From an uncultured Chloroflexia bacterium (GTDB lineage Bacteria; Chloroflexota; Limnocylindria; Limnocylindrales; CSP1-4), in assembly GCA_963807035.1 (NCBI GenBank), contig CAWEAL010000006.1, positions 81,994 through 145,993 of the forward strand: a DNA stretch of 64,000 nucleotides, read 5' to 3'. The notes below the pieces were generated by a model that was given only the letters and a program-made list of their open reading frames with translations, made no database searches and was not told the origin of the DNA. Positions within the stretch are counted from its first letter, which is position 1. Every line of letters starts with the position of its first letter. Shown in pieces: positions 49,297 through 59,688 of this stretch. The translations under genes were made by a program, and so were the position numbers.

Positions 49297-49683
49297 TCAA
49301 CTCATTGGGTCGAAATCAATCGGAGACATAGCAGCCGGCAGCCAGATCTCCGGGACCAAGGCTCGCCGGGTGAGCTCGGCAAGAACCCGGGCGTCGATCT
49401 TGTCGGTCTTCGCCGCGAGGGGAGCCAGGCCCCGGACCCGCTGGGCGTCGGCGATCAGGACCTCCCAGCCGCCGAACTCGAGGCTGTCATGGACGAACCG
49501 GGCGCCATTCATCAATTCGATCGTGGCCCGGACTGGCTCGCCCTCAGCGGATACCCGTCGAGCCAGCGTTCGGAGCGCATCCGTGTCAGGTGAGACCGCG
49601 GTCACCAGCGCGGTCGTGCCGTCTTCGCGCAGCACGTGCACATCGAGCCTCTTTCGCGACAGGTCCAATCCGGCGTACAACAT
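49297..49683 (-). mobile_element. IS110-family transposase, N-terminal DEDD (RuvC-like) domain only (truncated)
   Basis: MLYAGLDLSRKRLDVHVL...ATIELMNGARFVHDSLEFGGWEVLIADAQRVRGLAPLAAKTDKIDARVLAEL. It ends after ...EIWLP, and the C-terminal Transposase_20 domain is absent. Confidence 0.8.
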
Positions 49684-49942
49684 CAGCTGGGGCCTCCTCG
49701 GTGCTGGTTGCCTGACAACCCAACGTTGTCACCGGCGAGGCCCCTCTTCATGACAGTTCATCGTGCGCGATCGGTGGCGAAGGGGTTTGACCTCGGTCTC
49801 CCTCCACCTGATCAAGCTGGCCGCGAGCGGACGAAGATCGAGCTTGTTAATACGGCGTTGCTACAATTCGCCGGTTCCTCGGCCGCGCGGGAGCAGGGCT
49901 CTGAGGAGGAATTCGGTCGAGGCTACTGGTAAGGAGTCCCGA

Positions 49943-50143
49943 ATGCCCGAGGATCGGGATGAACGGCGCGTCCATGCCATCGCTCAGAGCCTGCGCCACG
50001 CGCTCGCGCGAGGTACCCGCGCCGACGCCCTCGTCCGCCTGACCGGAGCGGCACTGGGCGATCGCGACGCGGAAGGAGATGCCGAGGCTGCCTCAGGCGA
50101 GGTCGATGACGCCAAGCCACAGAATGGCGACCACTCGAGTTGA
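49943..50143 (+). CDS. Small acidic hypothetical protein (66 aa)
   Basis: The ATG at 49943 is preceded by taAGGAGtcccga (a good SD at the correct spacing). It gives MPEDRDERRVHAIAQSLRHALARG... Confidence 0.4.
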   Translation: MPEDRDERRVHAIAQSLRHALARGTRADALVRLTGAALGDRDAEGDAEAASGEVDDAKPQNGDHSS

Positions 50144-50342
50144 TCCGTCGGTAATCGAGCAGCCCGTATCACTCCGGCTGATCCTGCGCTCGGGTCGCTT
50201 GGTGTCTTGATCGACGGTCGGCCGACTGCAGGCGACGGCCTGCGAACGGCCAGATGATCAGGCGACGAGGCGGCTGCGGCGCTGAACGCCCGATGCCGTT
50301 CAACAAGCTCTGGCGAAGAGGACCGGCCCGACGAGGACGAGC

Positions 50343-51113
50343 ATGAGCGACATGGTGATTGAGACGCCGTCCAGCCAAGTGCCGGCGTACGTTGCCCGGC
50401 CCGCCGGTGACGGCCCCTGGCCGGGTGTCGTCGTCATTCACGACGCCGGCGGGATGAGCAAGGATCTCCGCCGCCAGGCGGACTGGCTGGCGGCGGCGGG
50501 CTTCCTCACTGCGGCCCCGAACCTGTTCTCGCGCGGCGGTCTCTATCGCTGCCTGTTCGCCACGATGGGCGACCTGCGGGCCGGCAAGGGCAGCTCGTTC
50601 GACGACGTTGAGGCGACCCGCTCCTGGCTTGCCAACCAGGCGGGCTGCACGGGCCGGGTCGGGGTCATCGGGTTCTGCCTCGGTGGCGGGTTCGCCCTGG
50701 CTCTCGCCCCTGGACACGGGTTCTCAGCCGCGAGCGTGAACTACGGCGCGCTCCCCGCCGAACCGCTGACAGCGCTCCAGGACGCCTGCCCGATCGTCGC
50801 CGGCTACGGCGCGATGGATCGCTCGCTCAAGGGCAGCGCAGTGCGACTGAACGGGATCCTGACGACCCTCGGGGTTGATCATGACGTGAAGGAATACCCG
50901 GGAGTTGGGCATTCGTTCATGAACGACCACCGCGACGAACGGACGCCGTGGCTGTTCGCCCTGATGGGCCGGTTCACCGGCGGGATCGACTTCAACGAGC
51001 CGGCAACGCTCGATGCCCGCGGGCGGATCATCGCGTTCTTCGATCGCCATCTCGGGTCGACGAGTGACGCCCCGACGGACCAGCCCAGAGACCATGGTCG
51101 ACCGGATCGCTGA
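50343..51113 (+). CDS. Dienelactone hydrolase family protein
   Basis: [12 protein letters not shown]...[14 protein letters not shown] (nucleophile elbow with Cys)...YPGVGHSF. Confidence 0.85.
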   Translation: MSDMVIETPSSQVPAYVARPAGDGPWPGVVVIHDAGGMSKDLRRQADWLAAAGFLTAAPNLFSRGGLYRCLFATMGDLRAGKGSSFDDVEATRSWLANQAGCTGRVGVIGFCLGGGFALALAPGHGFSAASVNYGALPAEPLTALQDACPIVAGYGAMDRSLKGSAVRLNGILTTLGVDHDVKEYPGVGHSFMNDHRDERTPWLFALMGRFTGGIDFNEPATLDARGRIIAFFDRHLGSTSDAPTDQPRDHGRPDR

Positions 51114-51192
51114 CCTTCGGCACTGTCGCGGCACTGCGCGGCCCGCGAGACTTGTCCCGCGTGGAACGAAGGGATGCGAAGGAGGTGGGCTG

Positions 51193-51597
51193 ATGTCGCA
51201 GAGCGTTGGGCGACTCGTCCTCATCGTGAGCGGTCTCGGGTTCCCGTTGACGCAGCTGGCGATCCGGCGCCTGGACCGGACGGGTGCCGTGCTCGTCGCG
51301 GCGACGAGTGGCGGGCTCCTGGTCCGAGACGTGGCAATGATCGGCGCCGGCGCCCCGAGCCGGTTGCGTCGAGCCCCGGCGATCCTGCTCTGGCTGGAGG
51401 CAGTGGCCGCTGCCGCGGCCGCCCTGACCTGCCTGCCGCTGGTGCTCGACCCACGAGCGCGTGATCGGGCCCGACAGGCGCGGCCCGAGGGCGTCGAGGC
51501 CATCCGCCGGGCGGCCGTCGGCACCCTCTTCGGGCTGCACACGATGCGCTTCCGGATCTACCTGCGGCCCGACCACGGCCGCCGGCCGGCCATCTGA
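51193..51597 (+). CDS. Hypothetical membrane protein
   Basis: The ATG at 51193 within ORF 51013..51597 gives MSQSVGRLVLIVSGLGFPLTQLAI...LLWLEAVAAAAAALTCLPLVL. Confidence 0.45.
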   Translation: MSQSVGRLVLIVSGLGFPLTQLAIRRLDRTGAVLVAATSGGLLVRDVAMIGAGAPSRLRRAPAILLWLEAVAAAAAALTCLPLVLDPRARDRARQARPEGVEAIRRAAVGTLFGLHTMRFRIYLRPDHGRRPAI

Positions 51598-51600
51598 GCG

Positions 51601-51642
51601 ACGGAGGAACCGGATGACGGAACGGAGGAACCGGATGACGAG
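51601..51642. repeat. Tandem 21-bp duplication containing an SD plus ATG (acggaggaaccggatgacgga / acggaggaaccggatgacgag)
   Basis: Read directly. 19/21 identical. It produces two in-frame ATGs (51614 and 51635), each preceded by GGAGGAA. Confidence 0.9.
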
Positions 51643-52915
51643 CACGTCCTCGCAGCGGCCCGCGTACGTCCCGTCGGGCTGGGTGATGCGCTACCTGGTG
51701 AACCCGATCACGGTCGGGCTCGGCGGCCCGACCCTCGTCGTGCGCGGGCGAGGGAGCGGCCGAGCGATCCGGACGCCCGTGCCGCCGTTTGGCTTCGAAG
51801 GCGAGCGCTACCTCGTCGCCGGTGGTGGCGAGACGCACTGGGTCCGCAACCTGCGGGCTGCCGGTGAGGGTGAGCTGCGCCGAGGGCGCACGCACGAGCC
51901 GTTCCGGGCGCACGAGCTGACGGGCGTTGAGCGTGACCGGGTCGTCGATGCTTATCGGACCCAGCTAGGTCGGCGCGTGGGCACCTTCTTCGTTGCGCTG
52001 CCCAATCCGGCCGATCACCCGGTCTTCCGAAATCGAGCCGCTGGCAAAGAACCCGGCATGAGCGTTGCGTCCGCCGACACTGCTGGCCAGCCCGAAACGA
52101 CGGTGTCGGGCGGCGCGACGACGGTCGTGGAGCGCCCCAAGGGTCCCGGCGGAGGACCTCCAGTCGGGAGCTGGGCGCCCGCGCGTGACGCTCACCGCGC
52201 GACGGCGATGGCAGCCGCGGTCATGGCGGGCCTCGCGGGCCTGACGTTCCTGGCGGGCTTCTTCACACCGGTGCCCGGCGGGGGCTTCTGCACGGGCTCG
52301 TGCGCCGCCTACCCGTTCGACGACCCGGCGCTGGTGCGCGACTTCGTTCCGGTCAGCTTCTACTGGATGTACCCGGCGATCGGGATGCTGCTCGCCATGG
52401 TCGTCTTCACGGCGAGCCTCGGCGTCCCGGGACGCGCGGCTACACGCCTGCCGGCGATCCTCGCCCTCGCCTTCACGCTGATGGGGGCCAGCGTCCTGGT
52501 CGGCGACTACGCGATCCAGCTGGCGGTCGTCGCACCGAGCCTCCAACAAGGCGAAGGCGCCGCGGTCGTCGGGTTCTCGCTCTTCAATCCGCATGGCGTG
52601 TTCGTTGCGCTCGAGGACATCGGCTACTGGATCGTCGGGCTCGCGTTCCTCGGTGGGGCATTGGCGCTCGGCGCCTCGGCCAGAGCTGAGCGGATCGCCC
52701 GGTATGTCTTCCTCGTGGGCGGGATCCTCGCGGTGGGCGCACTGCCGGTGCTGATCGTCGCCCTCGGGTCCGATCTCGGCTACGTCTACGAGATCCTCGT
52801 CATCACGGTGGTCGACCTCACCCTCTTCGTCGGCGGCGCCTGCGTCGCGCTCGGCCTGGCGAGATCGACCGGCGGAACCGCCCGGGCCGACGGGGCCATG
52901 TCCCAGACCGCATGA
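51614..52915 (+). CDS. DUF385 (deazaflavin-dependent nitroreductase-like) domain continuous in frame with a multi-pass membrane domain. This is either a fusion, or two genes (second start ATG 52059) with the intervening stop missing.
   Basis: LVNPITVGLGGPTLVVRGRGSGRAIRTPV...GERYLVAGGGETHWVRNLRAAGEGEL...ADHPVFR is DUF385-like. It is followed by MSVASAD... with about 6 TM helices. Confidence 0.6.
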   Translation: MTERRNRMTSTSSQRPAYVPSGWVMRYLVNPITVGLGGPTLVVRGRGSGRAIRTPVPPFGFEGERYLVAGGGETHWVRNLRAAGEGELRRGRTHEPFRAHELTGVERDRVVDAYRTQLGRRVGTFFVALPNPADHPVFRNRAAGKEPGMSVASADTAGQPETTVSGGATTVVERPKGPGGGPPVGSWAPARDAHRATAMAAAVMAGLAGLTFLAGFFTPVPGGGFCTGSCAAYPFDDPALVRDFVPVSFYWMYPAIGMLLAMVVFTASLGVPGRAATRLPAILALAFTLMGASVLVGDYAIQLAVVAPSLQQGEGAAVVGFSLFNPHGVFVALEDIGYWIVGLAFLGGALALGASARAERIARYVFLVGGILAVGALPVLIVALGSDLGYVYEILVITVVDLTLFVGGACVALGLARSTGGTARADGAMSQTA

Positions 52916-53310
52916 GGGCAGGAGTCCGACCGATGACTCCGCTCGCGACGTCCGTTGTCGCCACGCTCGTCGCCGGCCTGGCGAGCGCGGTCGTCGTCCT
53001 CGGTTTCGAGCTCGTGGCGCTCGATCCGGGCTACCGGGCCGCACAGCCGCTGTCACCTTGGGCGGCGGCCGGTGCCATGGCGATCTTCGCGCTGGCGACC
53101 GGGGCGATCTCCACCATGGCCGCTGCCCTCCTCGGCCGCTGGTTCCCGCCCGGCCTCGCCGTGTTCGCGCTGGGCGTCCTCGCTGTCGGCGTCTGGCTCT
53201 CGTGGCTGGCCCTCGACACGAAACCTGTCGAAGCCCCGATGTACCTTGCGCTGCACGTCGTGTTCGTGATCGCCTTCGGGGTCACCGTGCCGATCGCTTG
53301 GTACGTTTGA
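52912..53310 (+). CDS. Hypothetical membrane protein (4 TM)
   Basis: ORF 52912..53310 overlaps the previous stop and has four hydrophobic helices. Confidence 0.5.
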   Translation: MRAGVRPMTPLATSVVATLVAGLASAVVVLGFELVALDPGYRAAQPLSPWAAAGAMAIFALATGAISTMAAALLGRWFPPGLAVFALGVLAVGVWLSWLALDTKPVEAPMYLALHVVFVIAFGVTVPIAWYV

Positions 53311-53518
53311 TCGAATTCTGCGGCACGCGCATCGGGACGTGCACGCTGGCTTCGTCGTAACCCCGGAGGCACGGACACGGGCTGCGTCGCTCATCGTCAC
53401 GATGTCGACGCCGGCCATCTTCTGGTTCTGACGTCCTTGTTGTAATCAAATCGTCATTCCCTCGTCATTTCCGTCGGCCAAGGTGGACCGTGTCCTCCTC
53501 CGCACGTGAGATGCCAAG

Positions 53519-53746
53519 ATGCTTCGAGACAACCTGCCTGCCCGCCGATTGCTGGTCCCATTCGTCATCACGGCGACGATCGGTTTCGCGGCCTGCACGA
53601 CGCCCGCCGGCGCCACGCCTTCTCCGGCGGCCACCCCAGCCCCGAGCGGGATGATGGAAGCGAGCCCGAGTCCGAGCGGGATGATGGAAGCGAGCCCGAG
53701 TCCGAGCGGGATGATGGAAGCGAGCCCGTCGCCCTCAGCGCCCTAG
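53519..53746 (+). CDS. Small lipoprotein with three tandem Met-rich decapeptide repeats (SGMMEASPSP)
   Basis: LVPFVITATIGFAACTT is a lipobox. The 3x repeat is encoded by the 30-bp tandem repeat. The TAG is immediately followed by the ATG of the DipZ-like gene. Confidence 0.65.
   Translation: MLRDNLPARRLLVPFVITATIGFAACTTPAGATPSPAATPAPSGMMEASPSPSGMMEASPSPSGMMEASPSPSAP
53642..53731. repeat. 3 x 30-bp tandem repeat (ccgagcgggatgatggaagcgagcccgagt), coding
   Basis: Read directly. Copies 1 and 2 are identical. Copy 3 differs only in its last bases. Confidence 0.9.
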
Positions 53747-55062
53747 ATGGTCCTGATCCTGGGGTTCGCGATCGTTGCCGGGGTCCTGACGATCCTGGCG
53801 CCGTGCACCCTGCCGGTCGTGCCGCTCATCCTCGGGGCCGCGGCGAGCGATGGCCGGCGGCGGGTGGCCGGCCTGCTCGTCGGGTTTGGGCTGACGTTCA
53901 TCGGAGTGACCATCCTGCTGGCCTCGGCGCTGGCCGCCGCCGGGCTGACCACCGGGACGCTCCGCCTGGCTGGCGCAGTCGTGCTCGGAGTCGCCGGGAT
54001 GAGCCTGGCGCTGCCCTGGGTCGGGGTTCGGCTTGATCGGCTCCTCGGCCCGCTGGCTCGAGGCGGCACGCGTCTTGCGGGTCGATCGACCGGCTCCGGC
54101 CTGGTCGGTGGACTTGTCCTGGGCGGCTCGATCGGGCTGATCTGGGCGCCCTGTGTCGGACCGATAATGGCGGCGGTCATCGCCGTTGCCGTCAGTCGCG
54201 GGCCGAGCGTGGAGACGGTCGCGATCGCCGTCGCGTACGTCTCGGGAGCGGCGATTCCGCTCGGGCTGATTGCCGGCTGGGGCCGGCGAGCTACCCGTTC
54301 GCTCGGGGCAGCCGCCAGGCGGGGCGACTCCAGCGCTCGTTCGGGATCGCGATGGTGTTGAGCGCCCTCCTCGTGGTCAGTGGCCTGGATCTGCCGGTCG
54401 AGAACGGGATCACCGCCTTCCTGCCCGCTGGCTGGACCGGCGCACTGACCTCGGTCGAACAGCAGCCTGAGGTCCAGGACGGGCTGGCAACGTTGGAGGA
54501 TTCGAGCGTGCACAACCAGAGCGGTATGAGCCAGGCTGTTATTGACGGGCCAGGTGCCGCGGCCGGACAATTACAGGCGCCGATCGCGACGACATTGCCA
54601 TCGAATGTCGTGCTCGAGAACCTGGGCGCCGCACCGGAGTTCGAGGGCATCACCGCCTGGATCAACTCGCCGGCGCTGACCATCGCCGGACTGCGCGGCA
54701 AGGTCGTCCTGGTCGAGTTCTGGACGTTCGACTGCATCAACTGCCAGCACGTCCAGCCCTACGTCAAGGCGTGGTCGGATCGCTACGGCCCGTCGGGGCT
54801 CGTCGTCGTTGGGGTCCATACCCCCGAGCTTTCGTTCGAACGCGACCTCGGCAACGTCCGTCAGGCCGTCGCCCAGGCCGGGCTGCGGTACCCGGTCGCA
54901 TTCGATCCCGCCTTTGCGACCTGGAATGCCTATGCCAACAGCTACTGGCCTGCGTTCTATTTTGTCGACAAGACCGGCCAGATCCGCCACACCCACATCG
55001 GCGAGGGCGACTACGCGGGGTCCGAGCAGGTGATCCGCCAGCTGCTGGCGACAGCGGGCTAG
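53747..55062 (+). CDS. DipZ-like protein: CcdA/DsbD-type thiol:disulfide transporter fused to a thioredoxin-like (redoxin) domain, one frame change near 54300-54355
   Basis: ILAPCTLPVVPLILG and IWAPCVGPIMAAV are the two CcdA Cys-Pro motifs (ORF 53747..54361). ORF 54352..55062 then carries VVLVEFWTFDCINCQHVQPY (the CxxC motif). Confidence 0.85.
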
Positions 55063-55302
55063 CACGCCGCGTCCGACTCGCGGTGCGGTTGGGCGAGTGC
55101 GCACGAATCACTCATCGTGGTGAGATCGTCGACTCTCGCCGGTCGTCCTGGACCGAAACGGGCCGGGTCCGCTTGTGCCGGGCGCCGAGCCCGACGCCGA
55201 CGAGGCCGATCGATACGAGCCGCCGACCTCATCGGCTCGGCATGGTATAGGCTGCGCAAGCCCGGCTCCGCAGCGTCCTAGCTCGTACTCCAGGCCCTTG
55301 TC

Positions 55303-57740
55303 TTGGCTATCGACGACCAGCGCCCTGCCGCTAATGTGCCGCCCGAGGGCGGCTCGATCGATAGCGGGCCCCGCTTCCGCCTCCTCGTCGAGCGCAGCTC
55401 GGACGTCTTCTACCGCACCCGGTTGACGCCTGAGCCGGTGCTCGAGTATGTGAGCCCGGCGGCAGAGACCGTCACGGGGTACAGCCCTGCTGAGCTCCTC
55501 GACGACCCGACGCTGTGGCGGGAGCTCGTCCATCCTGACGATCGGGCCCTGATCCCCGACGGCGCGACCTTCGCCGCGGCGACGGCGGACTGAGCTCGAG
55601 GCACCCCTCGTCCTGAGATGGGTTCGCCGTGACGGGTCGGTCCGCTGGACGGAGCACCGAAGCGCCCCGATCTTCGCCGACGACGGCGCTCTGATCGCGC
55701 TCGAGGGCGTCGCCCGGGACGTGACCGCGCAGATCACGGGCGAGGAGCATGTCCGTGCTGCCGATGCCCGCCTCCGCGACCTGCTCTCGGGCATCGATCT
55801 GGGCGCTCTCGTCCTCGATGCCTCGGGTCGGGTCGAGTTCATCAACGACTTCCTCCTTGGCCTCCTGGGCCGGAGCCGCGATGAACTCGTGGGACAGGAC
55901 TGGATCGATATCGCTGTCCCCGAGGACGAGCGCGCTGCCCTGCGCGAGATCTTTGCGGCGGCGCTCGCTTCCGGCGCTGGCGCCGGTCAGCGCGAGGACG
56001 GCATCGTCACGCGCTCAGGAGAGGAACGTCGCCTGCTTTGGACGAGCGTCATCCAGCACGACGCCGACGGCCGGGTCGTCGGGCTGGCCGGCATCGCCCA
56101 TGACATCACCGAGGCTCGCCGGATCGCGGCCGAGCATGCCCGTCTCGCGGCGGCCATCGAGCAATCGGCCGAGTCCGTGATCATCACAGACCCAGCGACC
56201 CGAATCCTGTATGTGAACCGCGCCTTCGAACGACTGTCGGGGTATGCGAGCGCCGAGGTCGTCGGCCAGACGCCGCGAATCCTGGCCAGCGGCGTCCAGT
56301 CGACCTCGTATTACGAGGCCATGGGCGCGGCCCTCGCCCACGGCGTGGCGTGGACGGCGGATGTCGTCTATCGGCGGAAGGACGGCCCGCACTACCGGGT
56401 GAGCTCGGTCACCTCGCCCATCTGGAGCGCGGATGGCTCGATCACGGGGTACGTCGAGGTGGCCCGTGACGTGAGCCACGAGCGGGAGCTCGAGTCGCAG
56501 ACCGAGCAGCTCGTGCGCGAGCGGGCCCTCATCGCCGAAACCCTGCGCAGTCTGCCGTCCGGAGGCGACCCCGAGGCGACGGCCGAGCTGTTCTGTCGCC
56601 AGGTCGCCAGCCTCTCCGACATCGTCGTCGCGTCGGTCCTGGGTTTCGAGTCCGACGGCGCGGCGACACCTCTCGCGTTCGTCGTACCAGGGTCGCCGGA
56701 CGTTGGGCTTCGACGGTTCACGGTGGAGCGAAGCCGATATCTGCACCACCGCGCCAAGGCGGGCCCATGGGTCTCGGAGTGGGTCGACGATCCGACACAC
56801 CCCTATGGCGACATCATCCGGAGCCTCGGCGTCCGCGCGTTCGCCTATGCACCGGTCCAGAGCCAGGGCGTCCCGATCGGCCTGTTGGCGATCGGCTCTT
56901 CAAAGCCCGATGGTGTGGCGCGGCTGTCGGAGCAGCTCGGGGCCCTGGTCGACTTTGCCGATCTCGCCGGCGCGCTGCTCGGGCGGCAGCTCGCCGACCG
57001 AGGCGTCGCGCGACGGATGCATGACGAGATCGAAGGCGTCATCGAGGAGCGTGCCTTCGCGCCGGTGTTCCAGCCGATCGTCGACCTGAGGAACGGCCAG
57101 ACGATCGGGTACGAGGCACTCACCAGGTTCGCCGACGGCACGGCACCCGACCGCCGCTTCGGCGATGCAGCCGCGATCGGCCTTGAAGGCGGGCTCGAGC
57201 TCGCGACGCTCGAAGCGGCGATTGGCGCGGCGAGGCAGGGCGTCTCCCGGAGCAGGTTCCTTCACCTCAACGTCTCGCCCGAGCTCGTCGTCCGGGGGAC
57301 CGAGCTCGGGGCGCTTCTCCGTGACGTGCCGCACCGACTCGTCCTCGAGATCACGGAGCATTCCATCGTCCGGCGACTACGCGGTGTTCCGGAGGAGCAT
57401 CGCGAGGCTTGGCCGCCCCGTGCGCCTCGCCGTCGACGACGCCGGCGCTGGCTTCGCCAGCCTGCGGCACATCCTTGAGCTCGATCCGGCGTTTGTGAAG
57501 CTCGACATCTCCCTGATCCGGGGCATCGACCGCGATCCAGCGAAGCAGGCCCTCGTGGCCGGGATGCGGCACTTCACGCGGACCACGAAGCGCCGGCTCA
57601 TCGCCGAGGGTGTCGAGACAGAGGCCGAGGCCCGGACCCTGGCCGAGCTCGATGTCCGCCTCGTCCAGGGCTACCTGTTCGGCCGGCCGGCGCCGCTTTC
57701 CCCGCGGTCGACCGAGAGGCGCGGGGGCAGCGGTCACTAA
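55303..57740 (+). CDS. Multi-PAS/GAF sensor protein with a C-terminal EAL phosphodiesterase domain, with frame changes near 55590 and 57380
   Basis: Three PAS-like blocks (FRLLVERSSDVFYR; LLSGIDLGALVLDASGRVEFIN; IEQSAESVIITDPATRILYVNRAFERLSGY) and a GAF-like middle. EAL domain: FQPIVDL.NG...GYEALTRF...LEITEH and, in ORF 57165..57740, LAVDDAGAGFASL...KLD...AEGVET...QGYLFGRP. Confidence 0.85.
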
Positions 57741-57868
57741 CGCTCCGCGATCGGCACGATGGCCTGAGGTGGTTGGTCTTCATGTCCCGCGCCCGACGTC
57801 GCTTGCGGCTGGGCTTGCCCGAGAGGCACGCGGTCCATTCCGTGGATGGGCCCGAGAAGAGGTGAGCC

Positions 57869-59286
57869 ATGGCACGGCGACCGATCATGGTCATGGGCTG
57901 CACGAGCGACGCTGGCAAGTCGTTGCTGACGACGGCGCTGTGCCGCTATTTCGCCGATCGGGGCCTGCGCGTTGCGCCGTTCAAGGCCCAGAACATGAGC
58001 ACCAACGCCGCCGTGACGGCCAATGGCCTCGAGATCGGGCGCGCGCAATACGTCCAGGCGCTCGCGGCACGCACCCCGCCCGAGGTGCGCATGAATCCGG
58101 TGCTCCTCAAACCAAGCGCTGAGACGCACAGCCAGGTGATCGTCCTGGGCCGTTACGACGCGGCTACCACCACGCTGCCCTGGCTCGAGCGCCGCGCCCG
58201 CCTGTGGCCGATCGTCCAGTCCGCCCTCGAGGGCCTCATCGCGGAGTTCGACCAGGTCGTCATCGAGGGCGCCGGCAGCCCGGCCGAGATCAATCTGCGC
58301 GCCAGCGACATCGTCAACATGTCGGTTGCGCTTGAGTGTCGAGCCGATGTCTACCTCGTCGCCGATATCGATCGGGGCGGCGCGTTCGCGCACCTGCTCG
58401 GGACCTGGCAGTTCCTCGAACCGGGGGAGCGCGCGCTCATCCGGGGCTTTGTCCTGAACAAGTTCCGGGGCGACCGGGAGCTGCTCGGCAACGCGATGGC
58501 GCTGCTCGAGGAGCGGACCGGCATCCCGACCGTCGCGATCGTCCCGATGCGTCGCCACGCGCTACCCGAAGAGGACGCGTTCCACCATCGCGGCGAGCCG
58601 ATCCCGGGCCGGATCAACGTCGCCCTGCTCCGCGTTCCCGTACGCCAGCAACCTCGACGAGTTCGATCCGCTCATCCACGCGCCCGGCGTAACGGTCACC
58701 CCGATCGTGACGGGCGCCTCGCTGGCCGGCTATGACGCGATCATCCTGCCCGGCAGCACGAACACCGCGGCAGCCTGCGCCACCTGCAAGCCGAGGGCCT
58801 GGCCGACGAGGTCGTCCGAGCCGCGGGGCCGGGACGGTGATCCTGGGCGTGTGCGGCGGACTGCAGATGCTCGGCCGCGAGCTGCGCGACCCGACGACGC
58901 TCGAGGGTGGCGACATCGCGGGCCTGGGGCTCCTCGACGTGACCACGACGTTGGCCGCCGACAAGATCACCCGTCAGTGTTCGGTCGCCTGGGAAGGCGG
59001 CAGGATCGCCGGCTACGAGATCCATCACGGCCGGACCGAGCCGGGCGCACTGGCCGAGCAATGGCTCCCCGACGGGCTCGGTTGGCGGCAAGGCAACGTG
59101 GTCGGCGTCTACGCCCATGGCCTGCTGGACAATGGCGCGTTTCGGCAGTGGTTCCTCGAGCAGCTCGGCTGGCAGGGTCGGGCCGAGGATTGGGCTGCCG
59201 CGATCGACGCTGCGATTAACCAGGTTGCCGCTTTGGTGACCGAGAGTGGCTGGGCCGAGCACCTGGAACGATCGATGGATCGCTGA
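57869..59286 (+). CDS. cobQ: Cobyric acid synthase, with frame changes near 58625 and 58760-58830
   Basis: IMVMGCTSDAGKSLLTTALCRYF...APFKAQNMS...NPVLLKP...VIEGAGSPAEINL...LVADIDRGGAFA...GFVLNKFRGD. The GATase part is ILGVCGGLQMLG...GYEIHHG (ORF 58732..59286). Confidence 0.9.
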
Positions 59287-59630
59287 GGTACAGGAGGCCG
59301 TATGCCGCAGCGTGCGGGTTCGTTCCAACGAATGCAGGCGGTCCTCAAATGCCAGGCCCGGACTGCCACTCCGGCGAGATCGTCGGCGATTCCAGTACAC
59401 GGCGTCCTCATCGTGTCGTCTCGCGAGAGCCAGGGCCTCGCGACGTGAGTTGGGCCCGAGGAGACGTCGAGCTGCCGGTGACTCGTCGTCAAGGATGAGC
59501 CTCCGAGCGCTAAGCGCGGATAGAGAAGCCACAAGAAGCGCCGATCGACAGGATGGGGACAGCCCCGGCCTGTCCGATCGGGTTTGTTTTGAGATCCTGT
59601 CGCGGCCACGGGCGATACGAAGCGGGCGAT

Positions 59631-59680
59631 CCTAGGATATTGCGACTCAGTCTAGACAAGTCCGACCGATATCCAATAGG
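59631..59680. promoter_or_regulatory. AT-richer imperfect inverted repeat upstream of the Fur-family gene (candidate operator/promoter)
   Basis: cctaggatat ... atatcc(aa)tagg flank an internal palindrome, gactcagtc. It ends 9 nt before the ATG at 59689. It does not match any Zur-box consensus I know. Confidence 0.25.
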
Positions 59681-59688
59681 ATCGCTCG

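Noticed and set aside
53642-53731. A regular 30-bp repeat array, briefly considered as a mini CRISPR-like array.
   Set aside because: The repeats are directly tandem with no spacers. They lie in frame inside a lipoprotein ORF and encode SGMMEASPSP x3.
57741-57868. A possible cobalamin riboswitch upstream of cobQ.
   Set aside because: Only 128 nt are available. I could find neither a B12-box-like element nor the conserved GGTG/GCCACTG-type core strings.
59287-59630. The long cobQ-zur intergenic region, with the minus-strand ORF 58741..59532 (MASLSALSARRLILDDESPAARRLLG...) considered as a possible antitoxin-like gene or ncRNA.
   Set aside because: The ORF runs mostly antisense through cobQ. 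The N-terminal part has no recognisable fold motif, and I found no convincing conserved RNA structure by eye.
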